The notes under the pieces were generated by a model that saw only the letters and a program-made list of their open reading frames with translations, was not told where the DNA came from and did no database searches. A DNA stretch of 63,017 nt, filler included, from Octopus bimaculoides (taxonomy: Eukaryota), in the NCBI RefSeq assembly GCF_001194135.2. It is 5 parts of 4 records of this genome, joined end to end, with 100 filler letters (N's around TTAATTAATTAA, not from the genome) between each part and the next. Parts side by side here need not be neighbours in the genome. Positions count along the whole stretch, not along the records: positions 24,856 to 32,536 come from NC_069009.1; positions 32,637 to 48,863 come from NC_068981.1; 3 more parts are not named here. One strand, written 5' to 3'. Below are positions 27,854 through 39,547 of the stretch, piece after piece. Every line of letters begins with the position of its first letter. Position 1 is the stretch's first letter. A program made the position numbers and the translations under genes.

Positions 27854-28191
27854 NNNNNNNNNNNNNNNNNNNNNNNNNNNNNNNNNNNNNNNNNNNNNNN
27901 NNNNNNNNNNNNNNNNNNNNNNNNNNNNNNNNNNNNNNNNNNNNNNNNNNNNNNNNNNNNNNNNNNNNNNNNNNNNNNNNNNNNNNNNNNNNNNNNNNNN
28001 NNNNNNNNNNNNNNNNNNNNNNNNNNNNNNNNNNNNNNNNNNNNNNNNNNNNNNNNNNNNNNNNNNNNNNNNNNNNNNNNNNNNNNNNNNNNNNNNNNNN
28101 NNNNNNNNNNNNNNNNNNNNNNNNNNNNNNNNNNNNNNNNNNNNNNNNNNNNNNNNNNNNNNNNNNNNNNNNNNNNNNNNNNNNNNNNNNN

Positions 28192-28263
<72 letters not shown>

Positions 28264-28602
28264 CAGATAGATATAGATATATATATATAGAGAGAGATGA
28301 CAAACGAATAATCAATTGTCGTATGAGCTTCATTAGCTTACAGCTGTTTCCACAATATGACGCAGTGGACTCATAGTTGAGTGCCTGAGTAACACCTTAC
28401 AGTTTCATCAGAGCCTCAAACATGATGTGAATCTTATTTGGGAAAACAAATACATTTAAGCATACATACAGGAAGGCATAACCAATGAGAAAGCATATAT
28501 GTGGGGGATGAAATCCAGGGGCTCCTCCCACAATAAGAATAAGATTAATTATATATATATATAAGTTTAGTTGTGTGTATATTTATTTATATACATACAT
28601 AC

Positions 28603-28651
<49 letters not shown>

Positions 28652-28652
28652 A

Positions 28653-28687
<35 letters not shown>

Positions 28688-28742
28688 TACATACATACAC
28701 ACAGATATATACGTAATATAGTAATTCATTTTTGGAATCTTT

Positions 28743-28938
28743 GATCTTGAAGCAGATAAGCTACAAATAATAACATCGAAATATTGGGTTAAGAGAAAAC
28801 TTTTGGATAGATTAAGTTGAAGGCTGCTGGAGATATGGCTTCATGTCCCATGGACACTGTTTAACTTTTCCTATCCAAAAAGGATTTTTTAACCCAATAT
28901 TTGCATGTCATGATCTATAGCTTATCTACTTCAAGATC
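28743..28938. mobile_element. Fold-back MITE-like palindrome (~75-bp degenerate arms)
   Basis: gatcttgaagcagataagct... versus ...agcttatctacttcaagatc; aaatattgggttaa versus ttaacccaatattt. Confidence 0.75.
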
Positions 28939-29486
28939 CAACACTCCCACCCAAAAATTATTTTATGTTTTCTTGAAGTTTACAACTTCTTATGCCGTCA
29001 ATAAATAGGTATATGTATGTATACAATGTGAAAATAAAACCACAAGTCTTGTTAAATAGTTACCCAATTTTTGTATGATTTGAATAATAATTTATTTTTG
29101 CCATTCTTCAAGCTGAGAACAAAACAATTTGTCAGATGACATTTTACCAGGTGATGTTTAAACAAGTGATGCTGTATATAGATATGTATACATGTATGTG
29201 TATGTATGTAATGCATAATACACACACACATATATATAAGTATGAATGTGTATGTCTGTGTGTGTATATATATATATATATATATGTGTGTATGTATATA
29301 AGTATATGTGTGTATAGTTGTATATTAATTATTTCAAGGATATAAATACCTCTTAAAGGGATGTCAGCATCCAGGTTCCCTGGTTTTATCCAGTGTATCA
29401 GTGAAATACTAAAAGATGTGAGTTTCACATTGATGGATATGGGTACATTACCATTTATGTATAAGAAAAAGAAAATGGAGAAATTC

Positions 29487-29942
29487 ATATGCGGACATTA
29501 ACTCATGGAAACATATCTAATTTCAAACAATATCAAACTCATAGATCCTACAATTGTTTCCTTGCCCAATTAATTCAAATTAGAAAAATTAAATTAAAGA
29601 TTCATATTGAATATAGTTAACTGAACATTTCTTTGGGGTGAGAACTTCATAGAAAAGGAACTACATCCAAATGTATTGATATATCATTGGCTAACTCAGC
29701 ATTAAGTGCAGATATGTGCATTTACCAATGATATATCAACACATTGGGACGTAGTCCTTTTTTCTATCAAGTTCTGACCCTGAAGAAATGTTCAGTTAAC
29801 TATATTCAATATGTTCATTCAATATGAATCTTTAATTTAATTTTTCTAATTTGAATTAATTGGGCATGGAAACAATTGTAGGATCTTGGAGTTTGATCTT
29901 ACTTGAAATTGGATTTGTTTTGATTAATTGATGTCTGCATAT
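29487..29942. mobile_element. Long fold-back element (~200-bp arms, 34-nt loop at 29691-29724)
   Basis: Continuous reverse complementarity from atatgcggac/gtctgcatat to tatcattgg/ccaatgata. Confidence 0.9.
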
Positions 29943-30489
29943 CAAGTTTTTCATTTTCTTCTTTTTCTTATATACATATATCTATATCCAAAAACGAGTT
30001 TAAAGGAATATATAATCCTGGCAGTTACCGTGTTTCCTCTTAAATCGGCTTCAGATGCAGGCTAACTACAATGGCCTTTTAGTGATACCCAAGTTAACGA
30101 TAAGTTGTAAACTCTGATAACTATTCTCACTTAGTAAATCCAAGTGTCCTATTCAGGACTGCATAGTTTCTGTTGAGTAAGTAATAGTATTATTAATGAT
30201 AAGGAGAAAGGAGAATTTTCACATTTATAATTTTCTTAAACATCCTGATGTCAGTGTTGGTACAGTTTTATCAGGGTCCTAATTTTACTATTGTTTTGAA
30301 GAGAAACTCATATTTAACAGTGTGCAGTTGATAGAGTTGAAACACGTGCACGTCCAGAAAAGGACACTGTAAATAACTGTTTAATGAAATTATAGATGTA
30401 AAAATTCTCTGTTCTCCTTTAAAAGTTCTCTGTTCTCCTTTTCATTATTAATACTATATATATATATATATATATAGATACATATGTGT

Positions 30490-30921
30490 TATAATTTAGA
30501 ACAAACAGTAAAAGTTGTCATTATAGTACTCGGAGTTTCGAATGTTGGAGCGAAGAGCTACGATACATTAACATTGGCTACTAATGGCAACAGATGTTAT
30601 GAAAACCATTGAATAGAAGGGAAGTTACTCTAATAGGTAGAAAAAGAAAAAAAGAAAGGCAATAAAAAATACACGCAACCATATTCTCACATAGATATAA
30701 ACCTCCTGCGTTCACAAAGCCTTCGTACATACACTCTCACACAAACATGTATATGTACATGCACATACACACACAAACATATATATATATGTACATATCC
30801 ATACATACACATATATCCACACACACACGCACACGCATATAAATATACATATATATATATGTATATGTGTAAGCAACCTCATCCTTATATAAACATATGT
30901 GCTTACATGCATACACGTAAC

Positions 30922-30983
<62 letters not shown>

Positions 30984-31649
30984 ACATACATTATTTATGA
31001 AACCACTGTAAATTCCATGAATGCTAATAATACAGTTTCAACCAAGGGATATGTGGGTTTCACAGAGGGAAATTTCAAAGCAAGATTCAACAATCACACC
31101 TTAAGCTTCACACACTGGAATAAATGAAAACTACCAAATTATCCAGTTATATATGGTTCCTAAAAAAACCAGGTGTCAACTACAGTATTTACTGGAAGAC
31201 CTTAGCCAAGTGTAAACTTTATACCAATGGTAGTGGTAAGTGCGGTCTTTGTAATGTGGAAAGATGGCTCATCTGGAAAAGTTCTTTCGACCCCACTACT
31301 TGTTTAAATTCAAGAACTGAACTTTTGGATCATGTCCACATGTTACAAAATACCTGTTACGGTTTTGGGCACCCCAAGATCATGGCTAGAATCCACATTT
31401 CTACTATGTTCCTGCACAAGCTTTCCCATATGTTTTAACTTCCATTAATTTTTTTAATTTTTTATATATATTTTTTCATTTTTTTCCATTTTCCTTTTTA
31501 ATTGTGTGAGTGTCTACATGTGTGTACATATGTATATGTATATGAGTGTAAGACTGTGTCCAATGCATATGTGCGACTTTCATGTACACGCCCTCTTCAT
31601 TTATACGGCTATGCATATGATTGTATATATGCAGGAATGTGAATGTATG

Positions 31650-31684
<35 letters not shown>

Positions 31685-32010
31685 GTATGCCTGTGTGTGT
31701 AAGTATGTGTGGATGTATGAGTATGTACATACATATATGTTTGTATGTGTGTATGTGCATGTATGTATACATGTTTGTGTGAGTGTGTACATATGTAGAC
31801 ATTGTGAACACAGGAGGTTTATGTCTATGTATTGCGAGAATATGGTTGCGTGTATTTTTTTTCTTTTTTCTTTTTTCTGCCTACTAGAGTAACTTCCCTT
31901 TTATTCAACGGTTTTCATAGCATCTGTTGCCATTAATAGCCGACAAGAATGTATCGTAGCTCTTCGCTCTGACGTTTGAAACTCTGAGTACTATAATGAC
32001 AACCTTTTAC
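30490..32010 (+). mobile_element. Penelope-like element remnant: GIY-YIG C-terminal fragment (31047-~31400) between ~225-bp inverted terminal repeats (30490-30717 and 31803-~32010)
   Basis: YVGFTEGNFKARFNNH..SF, a frameshift, then TKLSSYIW.LK...Y.I.WK.L.K...Y......C.LC..E...I...LNSR.E; arms aligned by eye. Confidence 0.8.
31931..31998 (+). ncRNA. Degenerate minimal type-I hammerhead ribozyme motif (second copy at 30519-30586, minus strand)
   Basis: Stem I CATTA(A)TAG/CTATAATG; core CCGACAA; stem II GAATGT/ACGTTT (ACATTC in the other copy); GAAA; near-palindromic stem III ACTC-T-GAGT; GUA site. The core deviates from CUGANGA. Confidence 0.55.
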
Positions 32011-32075
32011 TATTTGAAAATAGAAATAATATATTTCTAAATATCTCAGAGAGCTTTATGCAGTAGCAGCACAAT

Positions 32076-32425
32076 AAAGTGATAGTATGTTATCAACTTA
32101 ATGTGACAGTCCCATAAAAAGGAAGAATGCTACTGTTATTTAGCCCTAGGAAACACAATTTCTTGTTGGACTCCTGCGTCCTTATGTTTTCAAAGGCATA
32201 TAGGCATCGACAGCTAGCAAGCCATACTGCTCCAGACTGATGATGAGCAATGACTCTGAAACTAGTCTCTGGATGTTGGCTTTTCTGGGTGGAAGTGCAT
32301 ATCTCCACTTTGAAAACTAAGGACACAGGAAATGTGTCAAGTCCAACAGGAACCGGGCTAAATAACAGTAGCATTCTTCCCTTTTATGGGACTGTCACAT
32401 TAAGTTGACAACATACTATCACTTT
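32076..32425. mobile_element. MITE with ~70-bp near-perfect TIRs
   Basis: 32076-32146 versus 32355-32425, about 2 mismatches; TSD ambiguous. Confidence 0.85.
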
Positions 32426-33042
32426 TACTGTTTGTTCTAAATTATAACATATATAAATAATCCTCTATTTATCTAATATCGAGGTCTCATTCTTTTATTG
32501 CTACTTATTATTATTATTAACATTATTATTATTATTNNNNNNNNNNNNNNNNNNNNNNNNNNNNNNNNNNNNNNNNNNNNTTAATTAATTAANNNNNNNN
32601 NNNNNNNNNNNNNNNNNNNNNNNNNNNNNNNNNNNNCCTAACACAACTCTCAATTTCATGCATCCTAATTTTTCCAATTATTATCTACATGGATTACCAT
32701 TAAACTTTAAAAGCTCAAAGACAATATAATGTATTGGTATATTTAATTTTTTATATATTATTTTTTTTTTATATATTATTTTTTACCTTCTTGTAAAAAA
32801 CATTTTCATTCTCCCTCTTCTTGAAAATTTGCCATGCAATGAAAGCTGGTTAGAAATCTAAATTAAAATATGCTTTCAGTTTAGCATCCTGCCTTATTAT
32901 TATTTTCCATTTTCCTATTATTTCTCCACGTGCGGTTAACACAACCCCACTATTTACTGACATATATATATATATACATAAATTAATAGAATGAGATAAA
33001 AATCCAAGGCTGTGAAAGATTTCAGAACATCTATAAATAGAA

Positions 33043-33087
33043 GGTCTTACAGCTGTTTCCGGGATATCTTATATATCCCTTCATTGG
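33043..33087 (-). ncRNA. Degenerate hammerhead-like motif inside a small inverted-repeat Penelope-like fragment (32988-33426)
   Basis: CCAATGA-A-GGGATAT/ATATCCC-G-GAAACAGCTGTA: palindromic stem III ACAGCTGT, GUA site; stem I poor. Confidence 0.45.
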
Positions 33088-33592
33088 AAACGGTGTCAGA
33101 AAATGGTTAAGCAATAGTTTATTCTAGATAAGATATGAAATAGAGAGTGAAGTGGAGGAATGAAAATAGATGTGAGATATACATGGATATTGTATCTTCA
33201 GTTCCATATTTAGGCAGAATGGTATACATATAAGATTCCTGTGCCTTGTGATTAAGTTCCAATAGTATTTAAAATTGGTCATTCCAAGCATAGAGTTTGT
33301 AAGCCGTGTTATTGGATTGAGGGTTATTTTTTAATAACTAATGATTAACCATTTTGTCATACCGTAAGACCTTATCTTTATAAATGTTCTGAAATCTTTC
33401 ACAGCCTTGGATTTTTATCTCATTCTGTTAATTCTTTATATATACACATGCTGATATATGACCTATGTTGGACTTCTCATTCGCATAATCACCAAACCTG
33501 GAGCTTAACTATAGTCTGTCCATAGCACTTACTCAGCATTACCTGACACCTTTGAGTCTTCTTGACACCATTACCTGTCATAACCCCTATAC

Positions 33593-33642
<50 letters not shown>

Positions 33643-34905
33643 NNNNNNNNNNNNNNNNNNNNNNNNNNNNNNNNNNNNNNNNNNNNNNNNNNNNNNNNNN
33701 NNNNNNNNNNNNNNNNNNNNNNNNNNNNNNNNNNNNNNNNNNNNNNNNNNNNNNNNNNNNNNNNNNNNNNNNNNNNNNNNNNNNNNNNNNNNNNNNNNNN
33801 NNNNNNNNNNNNNNNNNNNNNNNNNNNNNNNNNNNNNNNNNNNNNNNNNNNNNNNNNNNNNNNNNNNNNNNNNNNNNNNNNNNNNNNNNNNNNNNNNNNN
33901 NNNNNNNNNNNNNNNNNNNNNNNNNNNNNNNNNNNNNNNNNNNNNNNNNNNNNNNNNNNNNNNNNNNNNNNNNNNNNNNNNNNNNNNNNNNNNNNNNNNN
34001 NNNNNNNNNNNNNNNNNNNNNNNNNNNNNNNNNNNNNNNNNNNNNNNNNNNNNNNNNNNNNNNNNNNNNNNNNNNNNNNNNNNNNNNNNNNNNNNNNNNN
34101 NNNNNNNNNNNNNNNNNNNNNNNNNNNNNNNNNNNNNNNNNNNNNNNNNNNNNNNNNNNNNNNNNNNNNNNNNNNNNNNNNNNNNNNNNNNNNNNNNNNN
34201 NNNNNNNNNNNNNNNNNNNNNNNNNNNNNNNNNNNNNNNNNNNNNNNNNNNNNNNNNNNNNNNNNNNNNNNNNNNNNNNNNNNNNNNNNNNNNNNNNNNN
34301 NNNNNNNNNNNNNNNNNNNNNNNNNNNNNNNNNNNNNNNNNNNNNNNNNNNNNNNNNNNNNNNNNNNNNNNNNNNNNNNNNNNNNNNNNNNNNNNNNNNN
34401 NNNNNNNNNNNNNNNNNNNNNNNNNNNNNNNNNNNNNNTATATATATATATATATATCCTTACCCACTGTCTTTCAACATAAGCATTTACCAAGTTACAT
34501 GCCACAAAATAAAGCTACTTTATGAAACTTCTTTTAAAGTTAGTTGATGATGAATTTTCAAAAACGTTTTGTTGATGATTTATCAGTAGTTACATACACT
34601 TAAATTCTCCTTAGAATCTGCCTTAACCCTTTAGCAACTTAGCTTCCAACTTAAGCAAAACAACTGTAGAGATTCAAATGCTTTCCTTAACTTGACTAAA
34701 GTCAAGGAAATTGGGTATGATAGCAAATTTTAGACACTTGATATACCTGTAACTGTCATACCTTTGTATGAAGTGACTTCATTTGTTGGAGATGTAGTCA
34801 TTTAATAGCTATTTTGTATATTCATAGGTGTATGTTTGCTTTCTTATATTTTTTTTTATTAAAAAACTAAAATTATTGACTACTGATCTATATTTGCAAA
34901 ATCAG

Positions 34906-35139
34906 GCAAGAAGTTACCTGGAACCAACTGAGTTGTTTAAAGGAGAGGCTGATGAAGATATGTGGAAAGTGGTTGACACAGAAAAGATTTTAAGAAGTTT
35001 TAAGGAAGCATATCTGTATGCTGAAGAGTTGGTGCCAACGTATTTTCCAGAAGACAAAGAACCTGATTTGTGGCAGTTCAGTTCAGATGAAGTCTTTGAA
35101 AAATTAGACAAATTTTTCCACAGGATCCTGTTATTGAAG
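34906..35139 (+). CDS. Axonemal dynein heavy chain, outer-arm beta type (DNAH9/11/17-like), N-terminal stem exon A
   Basis: ARSYLEPTELFKGE...YFPEDKEPDLWQFSSDEVFEKLDKFFHRI resembles the DNAH9/17 stem as recalled. cAG 34904-34905, GT 35140, 234 nt, phase 0/0. Confidence 0.9.
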
Positions 35140-35695
35140 GTAGTTATAACCTGCTTCTTTAGAGTCAGAAAATACATTGATCAGTTGCATAAGTGATATT
35201 ATAGGCTCTCAGCCATAATACTTATAAGATCAATATTTTAAATATTGAATATTTGAGATACAGTATGAACTGAAGAAATTGAATGTAAATGGGATGCAAT
35301 TAGACATGACATTTATTGGTACATGAAGGCTGACTACATAGCATAGGTATGTTGTTGTTCAACTCCAAGTAGACCTGTGGTCAAAACCATTTCACTTATG
35401 ATCATCTTGTACCATTGGACTGCATAATCCAGTGAATCCATTTTTTTTTAAATGGTAAGAAATTTTCTGTTATTCTTTACACATTAAACAACTGCATGCT
35501 AGCTCATTTACCAATAATGGTATGGGAAAAATAGTTAGGTGAAAGCTTAAAAGAAATTGTGGACTAAAGACACAAAATAAATATAGATAAATACTTCCAA
35601 ATTACAACAACAGCCAGCTATTTATTTGTTTCGAGTCTGTTTTCAACTACAAACATCTGTCAATTACAATTGTTTAATTTGTTTATGTCTTTCAG

Positions 35696-35863
35696 AAACT
35701 TTTGGAAACATTCACTGAATTCAATAAACTTGAAAAAATTGTTATAGGTGGTCTTAATGGCAAGAGCCTTACAAAGCAAGTTGAAGACATTTTTACAGAA
35801 TTCAAGATTGAGTACAAAGTATTCCAGGATAAGAATTATGATACCTCGGATTGGAATGATCAG
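35696..35863 (+). CDS. Dynein heavy chain exon B
   Basis: KLLETFTEFNKLEKIVIGGLNGKSLTKQV...YDTSDWNDQ; ttcAG and GTGAAA sites; 168 nt, phase 0/0, continues exon A. Confidence 0.9.
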
Positions 35864-37286
35864 GTGAAAGACAAGCATTTAGTTTGGCTTTTCTTAAGAG
35901 ATCATAGGTTTAGATGAAACTACTAATCATATTATTCCACAGTTTAATGTGTGTGTATATGTCTAATTATACTCCATATGTAAATAGGATACTGTTAAGA
36001 AAACTTCTATGAGCTCTATTTGAGCAAGCCTGTAACACAAGAATATGTTATTAAATGTGTGTAATCTATATGTCATGCAACACACAAATATTAATGCGAG
36101 TTGTATTCAGTGTGGTGATAAACTATAATTGAATAGATTAATTTACTCTTTAAAAAGTTCTTGCTTTTTTTATTATTATTATTTTAAGAAATATCATGTT
36201 TTTTACTGTTTATGCTGTAAATTTTCTCAGCAAGCTTACCTACCTCTCCATTCTACTACATACGCACAGCAGCTAGGTATGAGTAATGTTTACATAAAGT
36301 CAAGAATGTGACCAGTCCAGACAGTGTACCATCATTCTTAGGATTCTTCAAGTTTGACCCTGATACTTAATAAATGAGTGTAGCCTATACATCTCTGCTG
36401 TATAAGCCACACTTAATATTTTAGCCTCTTTTTTAAATGTGGTGTTGACACTTACTAGAGTCCTCTTACTTGGACATCAGGAACAAAAACTTCTAGTTTT
36501 TCTCAAATTCTTTCATTTGCATTTCTCTAAATTCATCTGTTGCATTTGCCATTCCCCCAAATCCTCCAACTACCAGCAGTTATGAGCTTTATTTCACATC
36601 CAGCATTGAGGATTACTAGTGTGACTCACTTTTCTCTGAAGGTATCATTCTCAGTGGTATCAACATATATAATTCCTCTGGATTCTGACATATCAACACA
36701 TTTTCTGCACTGACAACACCAACAAGGAGGTAGAATTACTTGATCTTATTGTTTACACCAGTTCCAATGTTTACTTGTCCACAGACTCTCTAAACACTAG
36801 ATCACTATCTTACCTCCAAATATTACCTTTAATCAGCTATTCTGATCTCTGTCTACAATGGATCATTTAATGCAACTCACTTTATACCATCTTACCTTGC
36901 AAGAACTACATTCTATCTTACCTTGTAAGAACTCCTGTTTTAAGCCTGTTAACTGGTTGAAATACAATCTTTTCTGTACTGTCTAATCTTGAGAGCAAAA
37001 CTGCTTATTTGTGATGCACCTGAGACATTTAAATATGTAATCAGTAATGTCTTCTCAGATATGTCCTTTTAATATCCCCATCACAAATTTGCTTTTATAA
37101 ACCCTAACAAGATCACTTTCTATTGTGCTGCAACAACACAGAATACTGTTTACAACACCTTGAGAGGAAGTCCTTTAACACTTGCATGATAGATCGTCAA
37201 CAAGAATGCCAAAATATACCTTTGTACATTACATGGCCTACAAATTCTCTCAACTCCCAAGTCTCCTGGTTTCTTGCAAAGATCTG

Positions 37287-39226
37287 CAGTGTACCTGTCA
37301 TGCCTGCTTGGATTATCTCAGGCTAAACAGAAAAGGCCTGGAAGGGATGAAGCAGGCAGCCACAACGCATGAACAAAACACAACAACCCTTAACAGAAGT
37401 TGTGAAAGGCATATAAGGAGCCTACCTGACAGGACTCTTCTTCTTTTCCCTTTTGGGCAGTCGGCTTGCTAACTGCCCACAGCTAGAACGGCTGGCTCTC
37501 TTTCTTTGCTTCAGTGCCCTACACTTAGTGTCATGATACCTCTCTTACAGTAGGTACTTTCTGACGATATATTTGCTCGCTCTGTTTTTGTTTAAACTGT
37601 ATATGCCAGAATGCCATAACATCCTGCAACGCATCTCCAACAAAATAAAAATCATTACAGTTATACAGAGTTATTCAAAAAGAATGAACTGATTTCATTA
37701 CGCAATATTTTAATAAAGAAAAGCAATAGAAAACTCCAGCTAAGTTACAAGTATTTACTCGCAATCAACTTTTATTTCCTGTCTTACAAGTGTTCAATGT
37801 GGCCACCACCTGCAGTATGGACAACATCAATGTGATAAGAGAATTCCTCCCAGATTCATATCAGTGGCTAATCAGAGGCAAAATAATTTCTCACTCCAAA
37901 GAGGAAGTGTAGTTTTACAGCAGCAAATTTTGGATATTATATATGTCAGGGTACCAGAGAAATCTCCAGAAATTGTGAAATCATGAAACTTGGATTTAGG
38001 CTGTTCATGCTCATAGATGGTTTAGTATTTCAAAATTGTTTCCTGAATATGTATGGCAATTGTCTTGGTGCTGTCGAAGGAAACTAGACTTATATGTTCA
38101 CATAGGAAATTATTTTTAGGTCTCTGTTCATGGAAGCCTACATGAAAAGGCTAGGTTGCATGTGTAGGTGCTTGTGTTTAGAAGGTTTAAGAAGAAGTGA
38201 AAGTGGTATTATTCCACACAAACATGTATCATTTGAAGTAACAATCAGTAAATGATTTAATATGAAAAGTGTTGGAGATGCAACTGAATCATACATAGGT
38301 ACACCAGAGTTGATAGAATGTGGGTCAAAGAGAGCCTGCCAGCATACATTAAGTGAAATCATCTGACTGGAACGTTCTATTCTAGAGATGGAAAAGATAC
38401 ACTGAAAGTAGTAGTGAGTAGTGTCACAGAGACTGCTTGTCTTGTGATTGAAGTACACTATAGTGTTTCAATAGATTGCAACAGATCTCTGCTCAGAGAG
38501 AAAGAGAGCATAGTTTAATGAGGATATGAGCAAACTGTTAAAGAGTAATAAGAAGGACATCATAAGCATCAGTCATCTTGTTGTGATGAAATGTTTACAC
38601 TTGGCAAATTAGGGAGCAAGTTTGTAATATTAACTGTGTGGAGAAGTGTTTGAGAGGATACTTATTATGTATATGCAGCACAGAACTGAAATTAAAATGG
38701 GCAAACCCATCTTGGTTAAAGATTGGCAGGTAAGCAGATTCTCTGAAGTTAGATATTTAGTGAGTATTTGGGTGTTTTTATTATTAGGCCGGCAATGTGC
38801 TAATTAGGTGTGGGCTGTGTGTAAATGAGGAATGAACACTCACTAAATATAACTGTAACAATTTTTATTTTGCTGGAGATGCGTTGCAAGATGTCATGGC
38901 ATTCTGGCATGTGCTATTTAAACAAAAACAGTGAGAGACTATATTGTCAGAAAGTACCTGCTGTGAGAGAGGTATCATGGCACCATGTATAGGATGCTGA
39001 AGCTAAGAAAGAGAGCTAGCAGTCCTAGCTGTGGGCAGTTGGTGAGCTGACAGCCCAAAAGGGAAAAGAAGAAGAGTCCTGTCAATTTGGCTCCTTATAT
39101 GCCTTTCACAACTTCTGTTAAGGGCTGTTGTGTTTTGCACATGCATCGTGGCTGCCCACTTCGTCCTTTCTGGGCCTTTTATGTTTAACCCTGAGATAAT
39201 CCAAGCAGGCACGACGTGTGCACTAT
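37287..39226. repeat. Inverted pair of a ~380-bp repeat (37287-37665 and 38848-39226) in a dynein intron
   Basis: For example cctgacaggactcttcttcttttcccttttggg versus cccaaaagggaaaagaagaagagtcctgtca; the ORF track shows the shared peptide TTxLNRSCERHIRS on opposite strands. Confidence 0.85.
37662..38100 (-). mobile_element. Tc1/mariner-type 3' remnant
   Basis: TIR-like TACAGAGTTATTCAAAAAGAATG and minus-strand GGTGGCCACATTGAACA (GGHIEH C-terminal motif). Confidence 0.45.
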
Positions 39227-39547
39227 AGACTCCCTTGGCAGTCATGAAGTTATGACAACAATGAGAGACGAAAGAATATGTATCTACAGTGCAAAACATG
39301 CCAGAAGCCTTTAAGGTACAAAATAATGAACCAAAGAAAATGTAATATGTAACAATATGACAACAAAAATAGGGTGCAAGCACAATGATGTAAATAGCAT
39401 GCACAAACAATGAATATGGCATGAAAACAAAATATCAATTCAAGGAAAGAGTTCATTCAATATTTCTTTAGATATACTAAGTTTGTGTGGGCTGTGTCTG
39501 TTGTGCGGTGCATGCATAATGTGTAATGGTAGTGGGAACAATTGTGT

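Noticed and set aside
29342-29420. MSASRFPGFIQCISEILKD|GTGAGT as a possible dynein upstream exon
   Set aside because: No similarity to the expected dynein sequence preceding ARSYL.
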